Assembly (NCBI RefSeq): GCF_022045235.1
Contig: NW_027266308.1
Location: 13,888,001-13,952,000, forward strand
Source of the DNA: Haliotis cracherodii
Taxonomy: Eukaryota
Direction: 5' to 3'
DNA length: 64,000 nucleotides
Under the pieces are notes generated by a model that searched no databases, was not told the DNA's origin, and saw nothing but the letters and a program-made list of their open reading frames with translations. Positions 1 through 12,960 of the stretch are shown piece after piece. The position numbers and the translations under genes are program-made. Numbering within the stretch: the stretch's first letter is position 1; every line of letters begins with the position of its first letter.

Positions 1-699
1 CTGGTGTCATCCATGATTTCTGTGATCCATTTTTATCAAAATATTCCACTAGTTTGCTCTTTACTCCCAGTGGTATCTGTTTAGTGGGATCATCGAGAGT
101 GATTATTCTCTAGCGTTGACGTTTATATTTCCTGGCTATTAATGCAGAAAATAATTCAAATTTGAATTTGTTTTAAGTTTCTGTCTTTGCTGATAGTATA
201 AACTGGTGAATATCTTTCCAGGTGAGCTCTAATTATCAAAACCAAAACCCATCTTAGAAGAAACAACACTAAGAATTAAATTTGATCACCAAACAGTAGC
301 TATCCCACTCGCATATATCATAATGCCATATTTGTCAGACATTTTCCACATTTAACCTACTCCAAACCTGTTATATTTTTTTAAAAACCGGTGGTTTCGG
401 GAAACACAAATCAATCACAATGTTTGGTTCTTCTCCATAGTTTACAAAAAGCGGCGGTAAGTATTATGTGAATGTTCTTTTCCTCCACTGAAATGTAAAC
501 AAATATGTGACTAGAACACGGAAGACATAAAGACAAGATTGGGAAGATATAAATTATAAACAAATATTAGACTTAAGAAGTACGATTGTACGATTCCGAC
601 TTTATCATGAGCATGTGTCTTTGAATACCATCAAAAAGTGATGATATCCGCTGTTCGCGAAAAGTTGAGCGTATCCTTCACCACCGGTGGAACCCGTCA

Positions 700-1560
700 C
701 ATATCCCATACAAAGGCAAGTCAACTGTTCATCTAAGAAAACAGAAACATATGACACAAGTCCAGATATGGAATTGCCTTTTGCGTCACTATTTGTCACT
801 GATGCATCAAGATTGGAAATGCTCTCTACTATAACACCTTTTCAAAGCTTTGCTTAGGCCTTGAATGTTGTAACCACTATTAAATAACTTTCCAGCAAGT
901 GTGATATTGCGCTCTCTAAAAAGCGCGAAAAAAGAACATGCTTGGTCTCAAAATTTGTGATATGTAGACATGGGCTTGAGTTGATGGAATGTTGCTCGAC
1001 AGAAAGGGAAAGTTGACTATTGGATCCCTCTTGTCATACAGTCTTGCGGATAGTTTTGGGTCACTTTAAATCTACATATGAAACAGATGAGATTGTTTCA
1101 CTGGTACCTTTTATTTCTAGTGCAGGTGGGAAAATCAGTGGAAGGGATGTGGTTCTTTGACCATTATTGAATTGTATCAGATCTTCGATATTCCTGAAGC
1201 ATATGTTAAACTTCTTGGTTAAATTCCTCTGTTTTAATGTTGCTAAGCCAAGCAGAAATTCTGCAAAAGCTCATAGAGAAACAAATCAACAATGAGGGGA
1301 AGAGCACAATTGGTAGATGTGGGGACGCCTACTTTATGCCCCAATATCTTATCCCCACATTTCACAAAGAAGTTATATGTCATGAAATCCAGCATTCACA
1401 TATTGTTGTGCCCAGTTAACTTCAGATGACATTTGCTTTCATTTTTGACAAAATGCCCTGAACTAAAACGTTTCGATGATCAAGAATGAAGTGTTTCATC
1501 AATAAAGTTCTCTATATCGTGTGTTCTCATTTCTCATCTAACTTTCAAAGTGGCTCTAAA
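700..1560 (-). mobile_element. Degraded Penelope-like retroelement reverse transcriptase fragment
   Basis: The mirror copy reads (with frameshifts) MLDFMTYNFFVKCGDKILGHKVGIPTSTNCALPLIVDLFLYE...CFRNIEDLIQFNN...SVSYVDL...LYDKRDPIVNFPLLSSNIP...YISQILR. This matches PLE RT motifs GIPMGTNCAPLLADLFLY, FRYIDD and LYDKRDDFNF.IVNFP. Boundaries are approximate. Confidence 0.8.
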
Positions 1561-1571
1561 TCATTTTCATA

Positions 1572-2796
1572 TACGAATGCTGGTCAAAAAGTTCTAAACC
1601 TGACAAAGATTTAACTGTGGGCAATAAGAAAGTGAACTTTGTTTGAGTTGTTCATTGCAAGTGGATATTGTCTGTTGATGCCATTTGTATAAAAGTGACA
1701 GCCAATTGAACGTGATATAGGTCCAAATGGACACAGAAATGGAAAAGAACGAGCACGAGCAGTCATGAAGGTTTTGATTTAGATAAAAGTACTCTCCAAA
1801 ATATTCATGACCGCACATCACAAGCGTATTGGGATAAGTGCCCTCGTTATTACTTTGTTAAACGTTGGGCAGCTATGTTTAAAGGCTGGGAGAAGAAGCC
1901 TTGATGATGACCCTAGATCTGGACGTCCCTCAATTTCCATCAATGATGATTCAATCAAGGAGATACACAAACTTATACTGTCAGATAGACGTATTACCTT
2001 TGCTGAACTTGAGGAAGACACAGGTCTAAGCCATGGATCCATTGGACCTTGTATTTATGAACATTTACAGATGAATAAGATATCTGCTCGTTGGGTGCCA
2101 AAGTTTATAAATTCTAAAGAAACTGACATTGCCAGAAAATATTTAGAGCTAATTGAAAAGGAATTCGTCAAATTCCGAAAGATATTAGTAACGGGTGATG
2201 GAACATGGGTCTACCACTATGATCCCGAGTCAAAACGTCAATCCATGGAATGGCACTATTCCACTTCTCTGGCACCAAAGAAATTCAAGTCTTCAAGATC
2301 AGTTAAGAAAGTTATGGCCACTGTATTCTGCAATGCAAAGGGTATGATCCTTGTTTGATTACTAAGAAGGTCAAAGAAGATTTTCGGTGTCCATTATGCT
2401 GATTTGCGTCATTGCCTGAGAGATTCTATCAAAGAAAAGCGGTGAGAAATGCTGACTGCTGGAGTTCTACTACTTCATGAGAATGCCTCTTCTCACACCT
2501 CTCGACATTGAGACAATGCGGGTTCGAAGAGCTTCCTCACCCTCCATACTTGCAAGACCTTTCACCAAGCGATTTCTACCTGTTTCCTAAACTGAAACAA
2601 CTTTTAAGTGGAAAGCGCTATGACAACAATGAAGACCTGCCGTGAATGTCTTTTTTTAACGTGGCTTCAGAAAACTTCTTCCTGACATATGAATTGCCTG
2701 ATATGAAATATGAATTGCCTGTATGTTATAAAACAACTATTTCATAATTGTTGGTTTTGTTTGTCAGGTTTCACACTTTTTGACCAGCCACCCGTA
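1572..2796 (+). mobile_element. Mariner DNA transposon, full length, inactive
   Basis: TIRs TACGAATGCTGGTCAAAAAGTTCTAAACCTGACAAA / TTTGTCAGGTTTCACACTTTTTGACCAGCCACCCGTA, flanked by TA. Transposase motifs DDPRSGRP, ARWVPK, TGDGTWVYHYDPESKRQSMEW, HENA and PYLQDLSPSDFYLF. Frameshifts and stops are present. Confidence 0.93.
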
Positions 2797-2864
2797 TATT
2801 AAAATCATGTTTCAAATATCTAATGAATTAACTATTTTATAATAATCTTTATAAGTGATCTTTT

Positions 2865-2935
2865 ACAAGCATAGCCGCCTTTTACGGCAAGCATGGGTTG
2901 CTTAAGATCTATTCTACCCCTGATTTTCACGGGTC
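2865..2935 (-). mobile_element. SINE fragment (same family as 25437-25690)
   Basis: ACAAGCATAGCCGCCTTTTACGGCAAGCATGGGTTGC closely matches 25626-25665. Confidence 0.65.
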
Positions 2936-3279
2936 GAGTTGGCAGTGCACATGCTTTGCAAATCCTGCAATAGACGGAAATCTGCATGACAGTTCACAAA
3001 CCGGATTTCGATTTCGTTGCGCGATTTTGATTGGACTTTGCAGAGACTCGTTAGTCCAGCCAAACTGTAACTCCATAATACCAGCCTAGTTCGGCAAGGG
3101 TGGAAACTGGACTTTTGTAGTCAGTTAAGTCTCTTGCCTCGAGAAGATGGAGCCAACCAGACACCATGGTGAATATCTATGACATGTGTCCTTGTGTGTT
3201 TTGCTCCATTATTAAGTTAACCCAATCTGTTTAATATTGAAGCAGTATTGATATTGGACCAAAACCACAAGGACACAAG

Positions 3280-3690
3280 GACCGTGTGACAAGAGGGATG
3301 ACTTCAACTTTCCAACTGTCAACTTTCCCTTCATGTGGAACAATATTCCAGCAGCTCTATCCTTTGGTGTTTAAATTTCCTACCTTTTGAGATACAATCG
3401 AGCATGTCTTTTAATCAAGATTGCAACGAGCGTCATACGACTCTTGCTATGAAGTTGTACGATCAAGGTTACAATATACAAGGCCACAGTAAAGCTTTCA
3501 AAAAGCTTTACGAGTGTTAGACATGAGAAATACATTGTGTTTATCCAGGTGAACAACTGACTTCCCTTTGCATGTGTTTGTGAAGGGTGCCACCGTTTGG
3601 GCAGGATACACTCACCTTTTCGCGAACACCTGATAATGATTCATAAACACATGTTCATGATATAGTCGGAATCGTGCAATCGACTCTGTT
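3280..3690 (+). mobile_element. Second Penelope-like RT C-terminal and 3' fragment
   Basis: Translates DKRDDFNFPTVNFPFMWNNIPAALSFGV*ISYLLRYNRAC. The downstream CATGATATAGTCGGAATCGT is shared with 21162-21181. Confidence 0.75.
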
Positions 3691-4431
3691 TTATGCAGAG
3701 ATTTCTAATGGATATGGAAAGGGTTCTATCGCTTTATTTATTGTTATTTGGTTCACTAAGGTAACACAAACTGTTAAAAGCAGCGCAGCCTTTGTGTGGA
3801 TGGAATATTTCTGAGTTAAACAAGAAGCAAACAAATAAAAGCAGCGTTAAACACAACTCACTCACTTAACCTGAATACATGATGCATGCGTGTAGGTGCA
3901 CGTGCACCCTTGGTTGATGCAGTGCAGAGTTGTGTAAGTGTCATGATTCGCTCCACACCAAGGCTTAAAGTAAAATAAAAACTTTCAATTAATTGTTGAT
4001 ATCGATAATGCAAGTTATTTAGCCTATCATATTATATGGCCGCTTCAAGTGGTAACTGATTTCCAACTGACACATAATAGCAGATAAGAGTCGAGACGAT
4101 AACAGATATAAACTTGACTTTAAAAACTTTATATAAACGTCTCGACTGGGTGTGTCCTCGGATTCGCCAATGGGGATTATAGATTCAATTTGCCCTCCAG
4201 CAAACTACGCCTGTCGTACTAGGGGACTCATGGATCGAGGAATCAGGTTCAGTGTTTGGGTTGATTTCTTGTCATCATTCCATGGTGTGGGCAGGGCGCA
4301 ACTAATCGATAATATTATTTTTATGTGTTTTCCATGTTTATTCGAAGCTATGTGATTTTATTTTTTTTATTTTTCAACGCGAGCCGTCTATTATAATAAT
4401 AAAAATAATTGTGAAAGTCACAAAGTAAGTA

Positions 4432-4595
4432 CAGAAAACTACGATTATAACGAACTCAACGGGACCACTAATTTTAGTTCGTTATAACCGTAGTTCGTTA
4501 TTAAGCATATATATATACAGCATAACTACAACAAATAGTCAGAGACAAAAAAGTAAGTTCGTTATAAGCGTGTTCGTTATAAACGTAGTTTACTG
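4432..4595. mobile_element. ~165 bp MITE, Tc1/mariner-pogo (Tigger-like) type
   Basis: TA|CAGAAAACTACGATTATAACGAAC ... GTTCGTTATAAACGTAGTTTACTG|TA terminal inverted repeats, with internal GTTCGTTAT repeats. Confidence 0.8.
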
Positions 4596-5114
4596 TATAT
4601 TTTGTGAAACACTTACTTTCAAGGACTCTCTGCTCGCCTGAGGGAAATACTAGCAAGCCTAGTTATGTGAAATGTTCATATAACTATACTTACTAGTATT
4701 TCTTCATATTATTTCCTAAAGGTTTCGTTACTTCATTACTGATACCTCAATGCAAGATTCCGATTTTCAAGTTAGACAATAAATATCATGTTCGACCGTG
4801 TAGAGTTTGAATTAAAAAAATACTGCATAGATTGTAAATCGAGGTTTACTTATCTTTGATAAAATGTGCTTTTTAATTGTAATCAACTGCTTTTCTGCTA
4901 CTATGGTAGTTTCGCCAAGGGTGGGACATTGCTCAAAACATGGCAAGCTTCTCTACAGGCCGCCGTCATATACATTGAGGATGGGATATTGCTGAGGTCG
5001 TGAAACAACAAAATACTGTTCCCTGACGGCGTTGATGCAGATGACTGTCATACTCACTGACAGCAACTGCTGATACAGCGAGGAATAATATGTACTTCAT
5101 GTTTAATGGAAACG

Positions 5115-6044
5115 AAATTGAAGGAAAAAGGCATAATTTGACAAAATTGGCTTTTAAATTTTTATTAAGTCATTAAACTATCCAAATTATGTCTTTGATT
5201 ACAGGTAATATGTTCGGTTATCTGAATTTGGCAAACATTTTGTTTCATTTAACTGTTATTCTAATTCTCAGTGGAAACATTGGTAAAAATCATGTTTTTT
5301 TACTTCATTTTCAAATCTTGTGAGTAGGTAAAACACTAATTCCATTGGATTAGCTTTCAATATTTCCTTTTTTCATTGTTGGGGATCAATTTTCCACAGG
5401 AGTCAGTGAATAATGTACATCATTGAAAAGACAATGTGAAAAGCTTTCATATGATATATTACATGACCATGTTGAAGAACTATATAAGATCTTGATTTTG
5501 AAAACAGGTCAAAATGGCGGCCATCTTGAAATTCAAGATGGCCACCATAAATGCTCACAGAAAAACTTGAAACATTTTTCTTTATGAGTTTACTATTTAG
5601 GTGTTTTTAAGCATTGTTGCAATTATCCCACTCATCGACTACAGCATCATCATCTACCACCATATCTCAATAAGCAATTTTCGTCAAAATTGGTCTTTGG
5701 GGGGTTGGGTCACATTGTATACAATATCTCAACCCCTATGTAATATATTTTCATTTTGTTTTTTGTATAGGATAGTACAATGGTTGAGACAGATTTTAAT
5801 ACCCAGTTATCGTGGTTTTATTGTCACAATCCAATGGAATTAGTGTTTTACCTACTCACAAGAAAATGATTTTTACCAATGTTTCCACTGAGAATTAGAA
5901 TAACAGTTAAATGAAACAAAATGTTTGCCAAATTCAGATAACCGAACATATTACCTGTAATCAAAGACATAATTTGGATAGTTTAATGACTTAATAAAAA
6001 TTTAAAAGCCAATTTTGTCAAATTATGCATTTTTCCTTCAATTT
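5115..6044. repeat. Fold-back: arms 5115-5351 and 5828-6044, ~476 bp spacer
   Basis: The arms are near-perfect reverse complements (AAATTGAAGG...TTCCATTGGATT / AATCCAATGGAA...CCTTCAATTT), with a ~20 bp indel. The spacer contains AAAATGGCGGCCATCTTGAAATTCAAGATGGCC. Confidence 0.9.
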
Positions 6045-7439
6045 ATGCAATTATGACCCCCTGAAACTTCCTGCACACACTTGCAAGCTTACTACCCAAT
6101 GGAAATTGTGTACAGATACCTCCTTTATGCAATAGAAAATGTTTAAGGTATACAGGAAAATGTGGGAACGAAAATCTTGTTTTTCACCCCTGGCCAACCG
6201 ACTATTAGGGCATGATCATGTACATGTTCACTGTAGTAATGTACATACTAGTCAACTTGATTATAATTTTTATTATAGTGTAGCGCGGCATCAACGCTTA
6301 CTATATCATCCTCACTTGTCATTGATGTATTGACATCGAACAATGGACGACAATTCGAAATTCTTATTTGAGCTATAAATAGCTTCAATAGGGACAGTCC
6401 CGGTGTCAGTACAATTTTCGTAGTTAAAAATGTGTATCGACAAAATATAATCTGAAGCAGCCAAGAACAATATTTTTTATTAACGCTTACTTTCATGGAT
6501 AGAAATGAGGCAATCTAGGCTTGACAAATAGTTCTAGACTTGAGTTGGATTCCTTTTAAATTTATTCTCTATGGACTGGGAGACGTACAAGACCGACAGT
6601 ATCGCATGGAGAACTGGAGAACTGGGTCAGTGTAATCGGATATGTTGTGTAGTTTCGGGTTCAGGCTGTTTGCTGAATAGAACAAGGGCTCACGATCATG
6701 GGCACAAATAAGAGATTAAACCATTAGCACCTCTGTTTATATAAGATATGTTATTGTGATTTGAAATCTCTTTTGAACAATTGCGAGTTATTGTATACTC
6801 TGTATTCTTTCGTTATGGTAGAATATATATTTTCTATGTTGCTTGTTGAATTATCCACAAATAATGAGAACTACAATGTAAACCTCTCTCTGGAGATATA
6901 CAGTAATACTACTGAAGGGCATATCTGACTAATCGACTAATATTTCCTTCTTAAATACTGTCCGTTACAGGAATTCACATCAATATATTATACTTTGTAT
7001 AGTTTAAAAGTCAAATAATGGCAAATTGTGTATCTTTCTACATTTTGAATTCATTATAATCTCTGCAATAATACCTTAATTTTCGTGGTTAAAAATAGAT
7101 AGATCAGATAGTGATATAAACGAATATGATCTATACTGTGATAAATGAATTATTATTTTCGTATTATGAATTAAATAAACTGAAATATGATAGTAAAAAC
7201 AAATGATTTTAATCTGTTCGTGTGAGAAGGTAACGAGAGATCTAGGCAACTCACTAACGTAACCATTTGTGAAAAAATCAAATATTCAAACTTTTGGGGT
7301 TTGGACATGTACATTGAATGACAGACAAGAAAGCAACGCAATAATTAAATTATGAATCAAATTACGTTATAAATATAACAGAATATATAGAAAATATAAG
7401 TTTAATTTCTCATTGTTGGAAGGTGTTTAATAATAGTTT

Positions 7440-7683
7440 TTGTTTGAGTGTTTGTTGTTAAACGCCGCACTCAGCAATATACCAGCTATATGACGGTGGT
7501 TCGTAAATAATCCAGTCTGGACCAGACAATCCAGTTTTCATCATCAAGAGCACCGATCTTCGCAATTCGGATACGAAGACATGCATCAACCAAGTCAGCG
7601 AGCCTGACCACCCGATAATGTGAGTCGCCTTTGTACAAGCATGGGTTGTTGAAGGCCTATTCAAACCCCGATCTTCAAGGGTA
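7440..7683 (-). mobile_element. SINE (family shared with the array-unit copy)
   Basis: AACGCCGCACTCAGCAATA...TCTGGACCAGACAATCCAG...GCCTGACCACCCGA...AAGCATGGGTTG is collinear with 25440-25690. Confidence 0.8.
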
Positions 7684-9633
7684 TTTTTGTAATAATAAGG
7701 TACAATGAAATTATGTATATGTCCATAATGAGTGTGTATAAGTCCTTACACGGCAATAAGATGGGTTAGACTGCAAATGGTTCAATTAATAGATTTAGCG
7801 CGAGGTTCCAATTTATAATAAAGAGGTTTCTATTCTACAGTGGGACTACATCAAATTTCAAAACACAGTAGGTTTATCTCCATTCTACCATGACGGCAAC
7901 AACGCTTTGGAAACGGCGCTCTCTTGCAACGCGTAATAACACAGGTGCACAGGTCCGCGATCTTAGAACATTCCGAAAAGTGGTCACAGGTAGTTATATA
8001 TGTAACAAATATTACTAAAGTTCAAGATTAAAAAACACCAAGGTCGTGAGTAGTTCATAATAAGTGTTCAAAACACATAGTTTTTCAAACGAAGTTGACA
8101 AATGACACTATTAACTTAATCCAAAGAGAGATGTTTTAATTTCTTTCAAACTGTTGCACACTGTTGTACACTGTGGACTGGCTGTCGTTTCTCGGAAATT
8201 TGTGCGAGAGGTCATTTCTTGGAAATGGAACATGCCATCATTTCTATTGTAGGGGTGACGGGTAATAGAGAAAGGTTTTAAAATGCTAAACGAATATATT
8301 TCTACAGCAAACTTTATGAATTACCATTCTAATATATATTTAACATGTCTAAGAGTTATTAGTTAGATAGCAATTACCCCCAGTAAACAATAATAACATC
8401 AAAGTAAATGCCTCTCCACCCCGAACTTGGATGTGGCAGAACTTGACCTAAATCACGGTTACTCACACCTCCCAGCTGTCAATGGCTGACAATCATGTGT
8501 TTACATTGACTTGATCTAGTTAAAAGAAGCAAGATGACAACCCCGATCTATGATGTGGTTCAACATTTACCTTTAGATTTACTGGGATTGATCGAGCCTG
8601 CTGGTTCATCCATATGATTACCAATGGAACTGAGTATGACTGAACAGCCGCTGTTTAGGCTGCAAACGAGCCGGATATTTTGAAACGAGGAATCTGCATG
8701 GTGTGACCTGTCAATTTCAAGATTTCACGGATCCAAAGCCAAATAGTGACAAAACTTAGACATTTCTGGTCCAGAAATAGTAGGTCGTGTATAATTTTCA
8801 CAATTGTGCGTGTTCTGAAATGAATTTCATCAAGTTTGATAAGCTGTCACTTCAGTTGGGACATTGTTTTCGTGGACATTCGAAAGGGAGTGTTTTCTGA
8901 TGCACTTTCAAATCCCCTCCTGCCAAATTCTAACGGTGGTGGTTGACGGTGATGGTAATGGATATCGATCAGAAAAAGGTTTGTAAACACCATGTTGTCA
9001 TGAATAAAATGTCTTCAAACACATTTCATTATGTTATATTTCACTTTCATTGTCGGTTGTTTCAATAATGAAATTACCTGTTCGTGGGTTTCAGAAAAAG
9101 TTACCAAAAAAATGAACAATTATTATTTTCTCGACAAAATTTATTAGATATCATTCTTTCACTTATTTTGAATGTGTGAATCTTTGAATTATACCTCCCC
9201 ACCCTGAAATGAGAACCGTACTAACGTGTCCCGGTTGTCACTGTATCTGCACTACACTCTCAGTTATGGCTGCCAAAGAAATTGTTAACAGTAACAGTGC
9301 TGTTAAAGAATTGCAGGAAACCAGAAGACAGCCCAGTACTGATGCACAGTGTGATGCTGTTCAACATTAACACGTTGACTAACTATCCCTGCTGATGTTA
9401 TGTTGTTTTTTCAAACAATTTTTATATAATGTTATATTTTACTTTCATTGTCGGTTGTTTCAATGAGGAAATAGCTTAAATTGTTCCAATTCTGGTCACC
9501 ATAGAACATTTCTCTAACATTTCATAAACATTTCATTTGTATGCAAAAGATATGCCTTCGTTAAATCTTTTAATGTCATCATCGAAGCAGTCAGGGTTGC
9601 GGCCTAGAACGCCCCAAACATCCGATATCAAAC

Positions 9634-9755
9634 TACCGTATTTCCTCTATTTGACACTATACGCCGTCTATTAATTTCGCGAGAGCCCTTGACTCGGCGT
9701 GTATTAGAGACCTGTCTGGTATTAGAGACCCAGCGTGTATTAGAGGAAATATAGA
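9634..9755. mobile_element. Short MITE relic with TA-CCGTA-type TIR
   Basis: TACCGTATTTCCTCTAT ... ATTAGAGGAAATATAG, with internal GTATTAGAG repeats. Confidence 0.6.
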
Positions 9756-12516
9756 TATGTTTAACAGTTCATATGGGGGTGATCGACCGGCAGCCATTTT
9801 CTGTGAATCGATATGTAGGCTATCTATGTATTCATACGCACGTTTTTTTGTGTGAAAAGGCTTAATATATTTGAAAGGGGTTTCCGTAGCAAAAAGGAAA
9901 CCTCTTTTTAACCAATCAGAATCAAGCATTCATCAATGTCATGGTAGAATGATGGGTTCTGTTACAAGTCCATATTTCAAGACATGTATTTGATATTCAT
10001 AGCAACTCCACAAAAGCTAGACAATGGCGGCAAAACGGTACCAGCACCACAGATACCAATAATACATTTTTTGAACATGAGATACATATAATTACTTTAA
10101 AGTTGTTCGTGATAACTCAACCTTGAAAAATATTGAAAGATGAGTGGTAACTATTTATGTCATTATTTCAAATTAGAATGATAACACATCAGGAAAGAAT
10201 GGCACTTTGATATACGTATCTTGTTAACCCAATATTTTTTTTTAAGTAAGCGCGGCATGTATATCGAGAGTATAGGTTTGGTGCGTGACTTATCACACAT
10301 TACTTTCAGAAAGTGTGCATATTCTGTTTATCGGCAATAAATGACATAAGACGATTCATACGGGTAAATACGATTTACTTCAGAACTAGTATATATATAC
10401 GTATCAATGACCAAAATGATGTCTGATGCAATTCTCTGCCTTTTCGTGTGAACAATTTGCTTGCCTTTGCGGGTGCCACTAGTGGATCGGAATGAGCTCG
10501 CATTTTTGCGAGCACCCAGTGTCATCATTTTTATGGTGAATCATGAAACATGCTTCTGGTCTTGTCGTAATCGTGCAGTTGGCGCTACTTTTGGCAAGGG
10601 TTTCTTATGGTAATGGAAAATGCTTATGTCGCTTTTGTTGACTGATAAACATGAAAAGATATAATGTTAGTGTATATGGTCATGTAATTAAGAAACAAAC
10701 GACAAGTTGGAGTTGTTTACTGTACGATAAACAACGACTACGCCTCTTTCATTTTTATATGAAATATCCACATTATTTACAGCCTCTTTTTAGGGTGTTA
10801 AATTAGGAAAAAGTACACGTTTTAAAATATTTACCCGTACTTAAAAAATTATGACTCCTTGAATAGAATCCGACCGCGGCCATGCCAGATAAATCCCATT
10901 TATGAACAGAAGGGTTTGAATTTAGTCTTTCTTTTGGTCTTTGGTCATATTCTCACCCTTTTTTTTGTCGATTATCTGTACCTTTTCTCCCAATACCGAT
11001 TGCCATTTCGCTCTCACTTTCGGATGCGATTGTTCGGGCACTGCCTTTATCTACCTTCTCCAGCTACATCTAATGGAAACAACACACTAGACACATACCT
11101 CTAAGAAATAAGGTCAAATTTACGACGTTTTCAAGTTGCGAGTGCATGTTCGAATCTCCATAAATGACGTCATGATAGAACAATGTTTTATCGTGAAATA
11201 AATATCGCTTCATTCTTTATTCTTTGCGATTGATCGCGTAGCTATCTTATATCATGAAATATCAATTTCTCATTGCTTTATCATGACGTATCCGATTCAT
11301 AGCCAATCATGTAGCAATGGCATACACAAATATCGTTGACTTCGACGTAGAATAGTGTCATGAAATATGATTATCCTTTGGTGTGCAATATTTCTGGTTG
11401 ATAATCTAATCTATTTTAAGAATAGCGACTATACAATATTAAATCACTTATCAGGTCTCTGTAACATTTGCAAAATAATACAAATTTAAAAATACAACTG
11501 AACCTAAATGTATGTATGTTGTAATATCCTTAAGTTGCTGCGTTTGGCATTAAACAACAAACAAATAAAACAAAATATCTATAAGAATTATGTGAACAAT
11601 TCCTGTGCTAAAAATATCTCCCACAATCCCCATACCTCTTTCTCTATATTTAATATGAAAACATACTCACTTTTTGTAATAATCTGAGGGAATAACAATG
11701 ATAATAGCATAATAATATCATTATTTATGTTACTTATCCACACTATACTTTCAGTGATGAAGCCCATGAACACATCAACTATGTAACATACATTAATGGA
11801 AATTAGATGAACAGTTGAAGTTAGACGTTCGACCGAACAATATCATTTGCTATCAGCCAATACTACATTATTGAATTGTGAGTCTACGGTGATATTGAAA
11901 GGCTACTCTCATAAATGTCATGATGCATTTTCTATAGGGCTCTATACTCTCATTAATGTGCTGACTTATTATTGCGTTAACTTCATGATTTACATTATTC
12001 ATGAAGAACATTTCACTTTGGACAAACAGTGGGAATTATGACTATCGACTTGCTAAATATTTTTGATATTCATGCTAGCTCAAACGATCTATTGGTTTGA
12101 TTTATTGTTATGGTATCCACAAAATAAGTAGGATTTTTTTCCGTTTTTGTTGAAATAAAACTGAACTATATTTGCTGTTTACATATCAAAGTTTGCCAAA
12201 TTGTTACAAAATGTTTGGCCACAGCAAGGCACCACAACATATTGTGCTACGCATGGTACAACTGGAATGTGGGAGGGCCGTATTTCTCCTTGTGGGTGAC
12301 CTGCTTGGCAATATGGGACGGGAAAACTGCAGGGGGTGAGGGCACAGTTGGTGTTACAGACGGATGAGGGAGATCATTTTACAAATGTGAAACCTCATTC
12401 CACAAAGGAATTCGAAGAGGCGAAAGCTGAAACTTGGTGAGATTTACAGAACAAAGGCAGTAATTTCTAGTTTCTTACTGATACTCGATGATACATTTAA
12501 TGAAACAATTAATGTG

Positions 12517-12540
12517 AATGTGTGTGTGTCTCTCTCTCTC

Positions 12541-12588
<48 letters not shown>
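12517..12588. repeat. Compound (TG)n/(TC)n microsatellite
   Basis: Direct inspection. Confidence 0.95.
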
Positions 12589-12590
<2 letters not shown>

Positions 12591-12786
12591 GAAGAAGTAG
12601 AAGAATTGTACAGCATAAAAATGGCTACGTAGTTTGAATAGTTATGTAGAATGCCCGGTCAGTATGACCTTTGAGACACTGCATTTTCAGTCATTAAAAT
12701 CCGTAACACATCTTTTTGAGTAAAAGAAAACTCTCATTCTTCTTTCCCCACCATTATGTCTACGTCAGCCATCATGGATCCATGCG

Positions 12787-12960
12787 CATGCTTACATACA
12801 TAACCCATCCTCCCACCATTCCCCAACATCCATCGAACAATAACTATATCCGCCCTCATGTATCGGTATTCGTGCTTACATACATTCACCCTCCTACCAT
12901 TCCCCTATATCCATCGCACTATAACTATGACTATAACCGCATTCGTGCATCCGCAATAAT
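12787..12960. repeat. Two-unit diverged ~84 bp tandem repeat
   Basis: TGCTTACATACAT..CATCCTCCCACCATTCCCC..ATCCATCG..AACTAT occurs at ~12789 and ~12873. Confidence 0.7.

Larger units (their letters stand above)
1..2864. repeat. Left arm of a long inverted duplication (partner 18957-21762); may extend beyond the window start
   Basis: Position 1 CTGGTGTCATCCATGATTTC is the reverse complement of 21743-21762. ATAAGTGATCTTTT (2851-2864) pairs with AAAAGATCACTTAT (18957-18970). Near-identical ORFs lie on opposite strands (1237..1419+ vs 20398..20580-; 1818..2042- vs 19767..19958+). Confidence 0.95.

Noticed and set aside
6100-12500. Assorted 60-90 aa ORFs
   Set aside because: No recognisable motifs or consistent splice structure; compatible with chance ORFs in AT-rich DNA.
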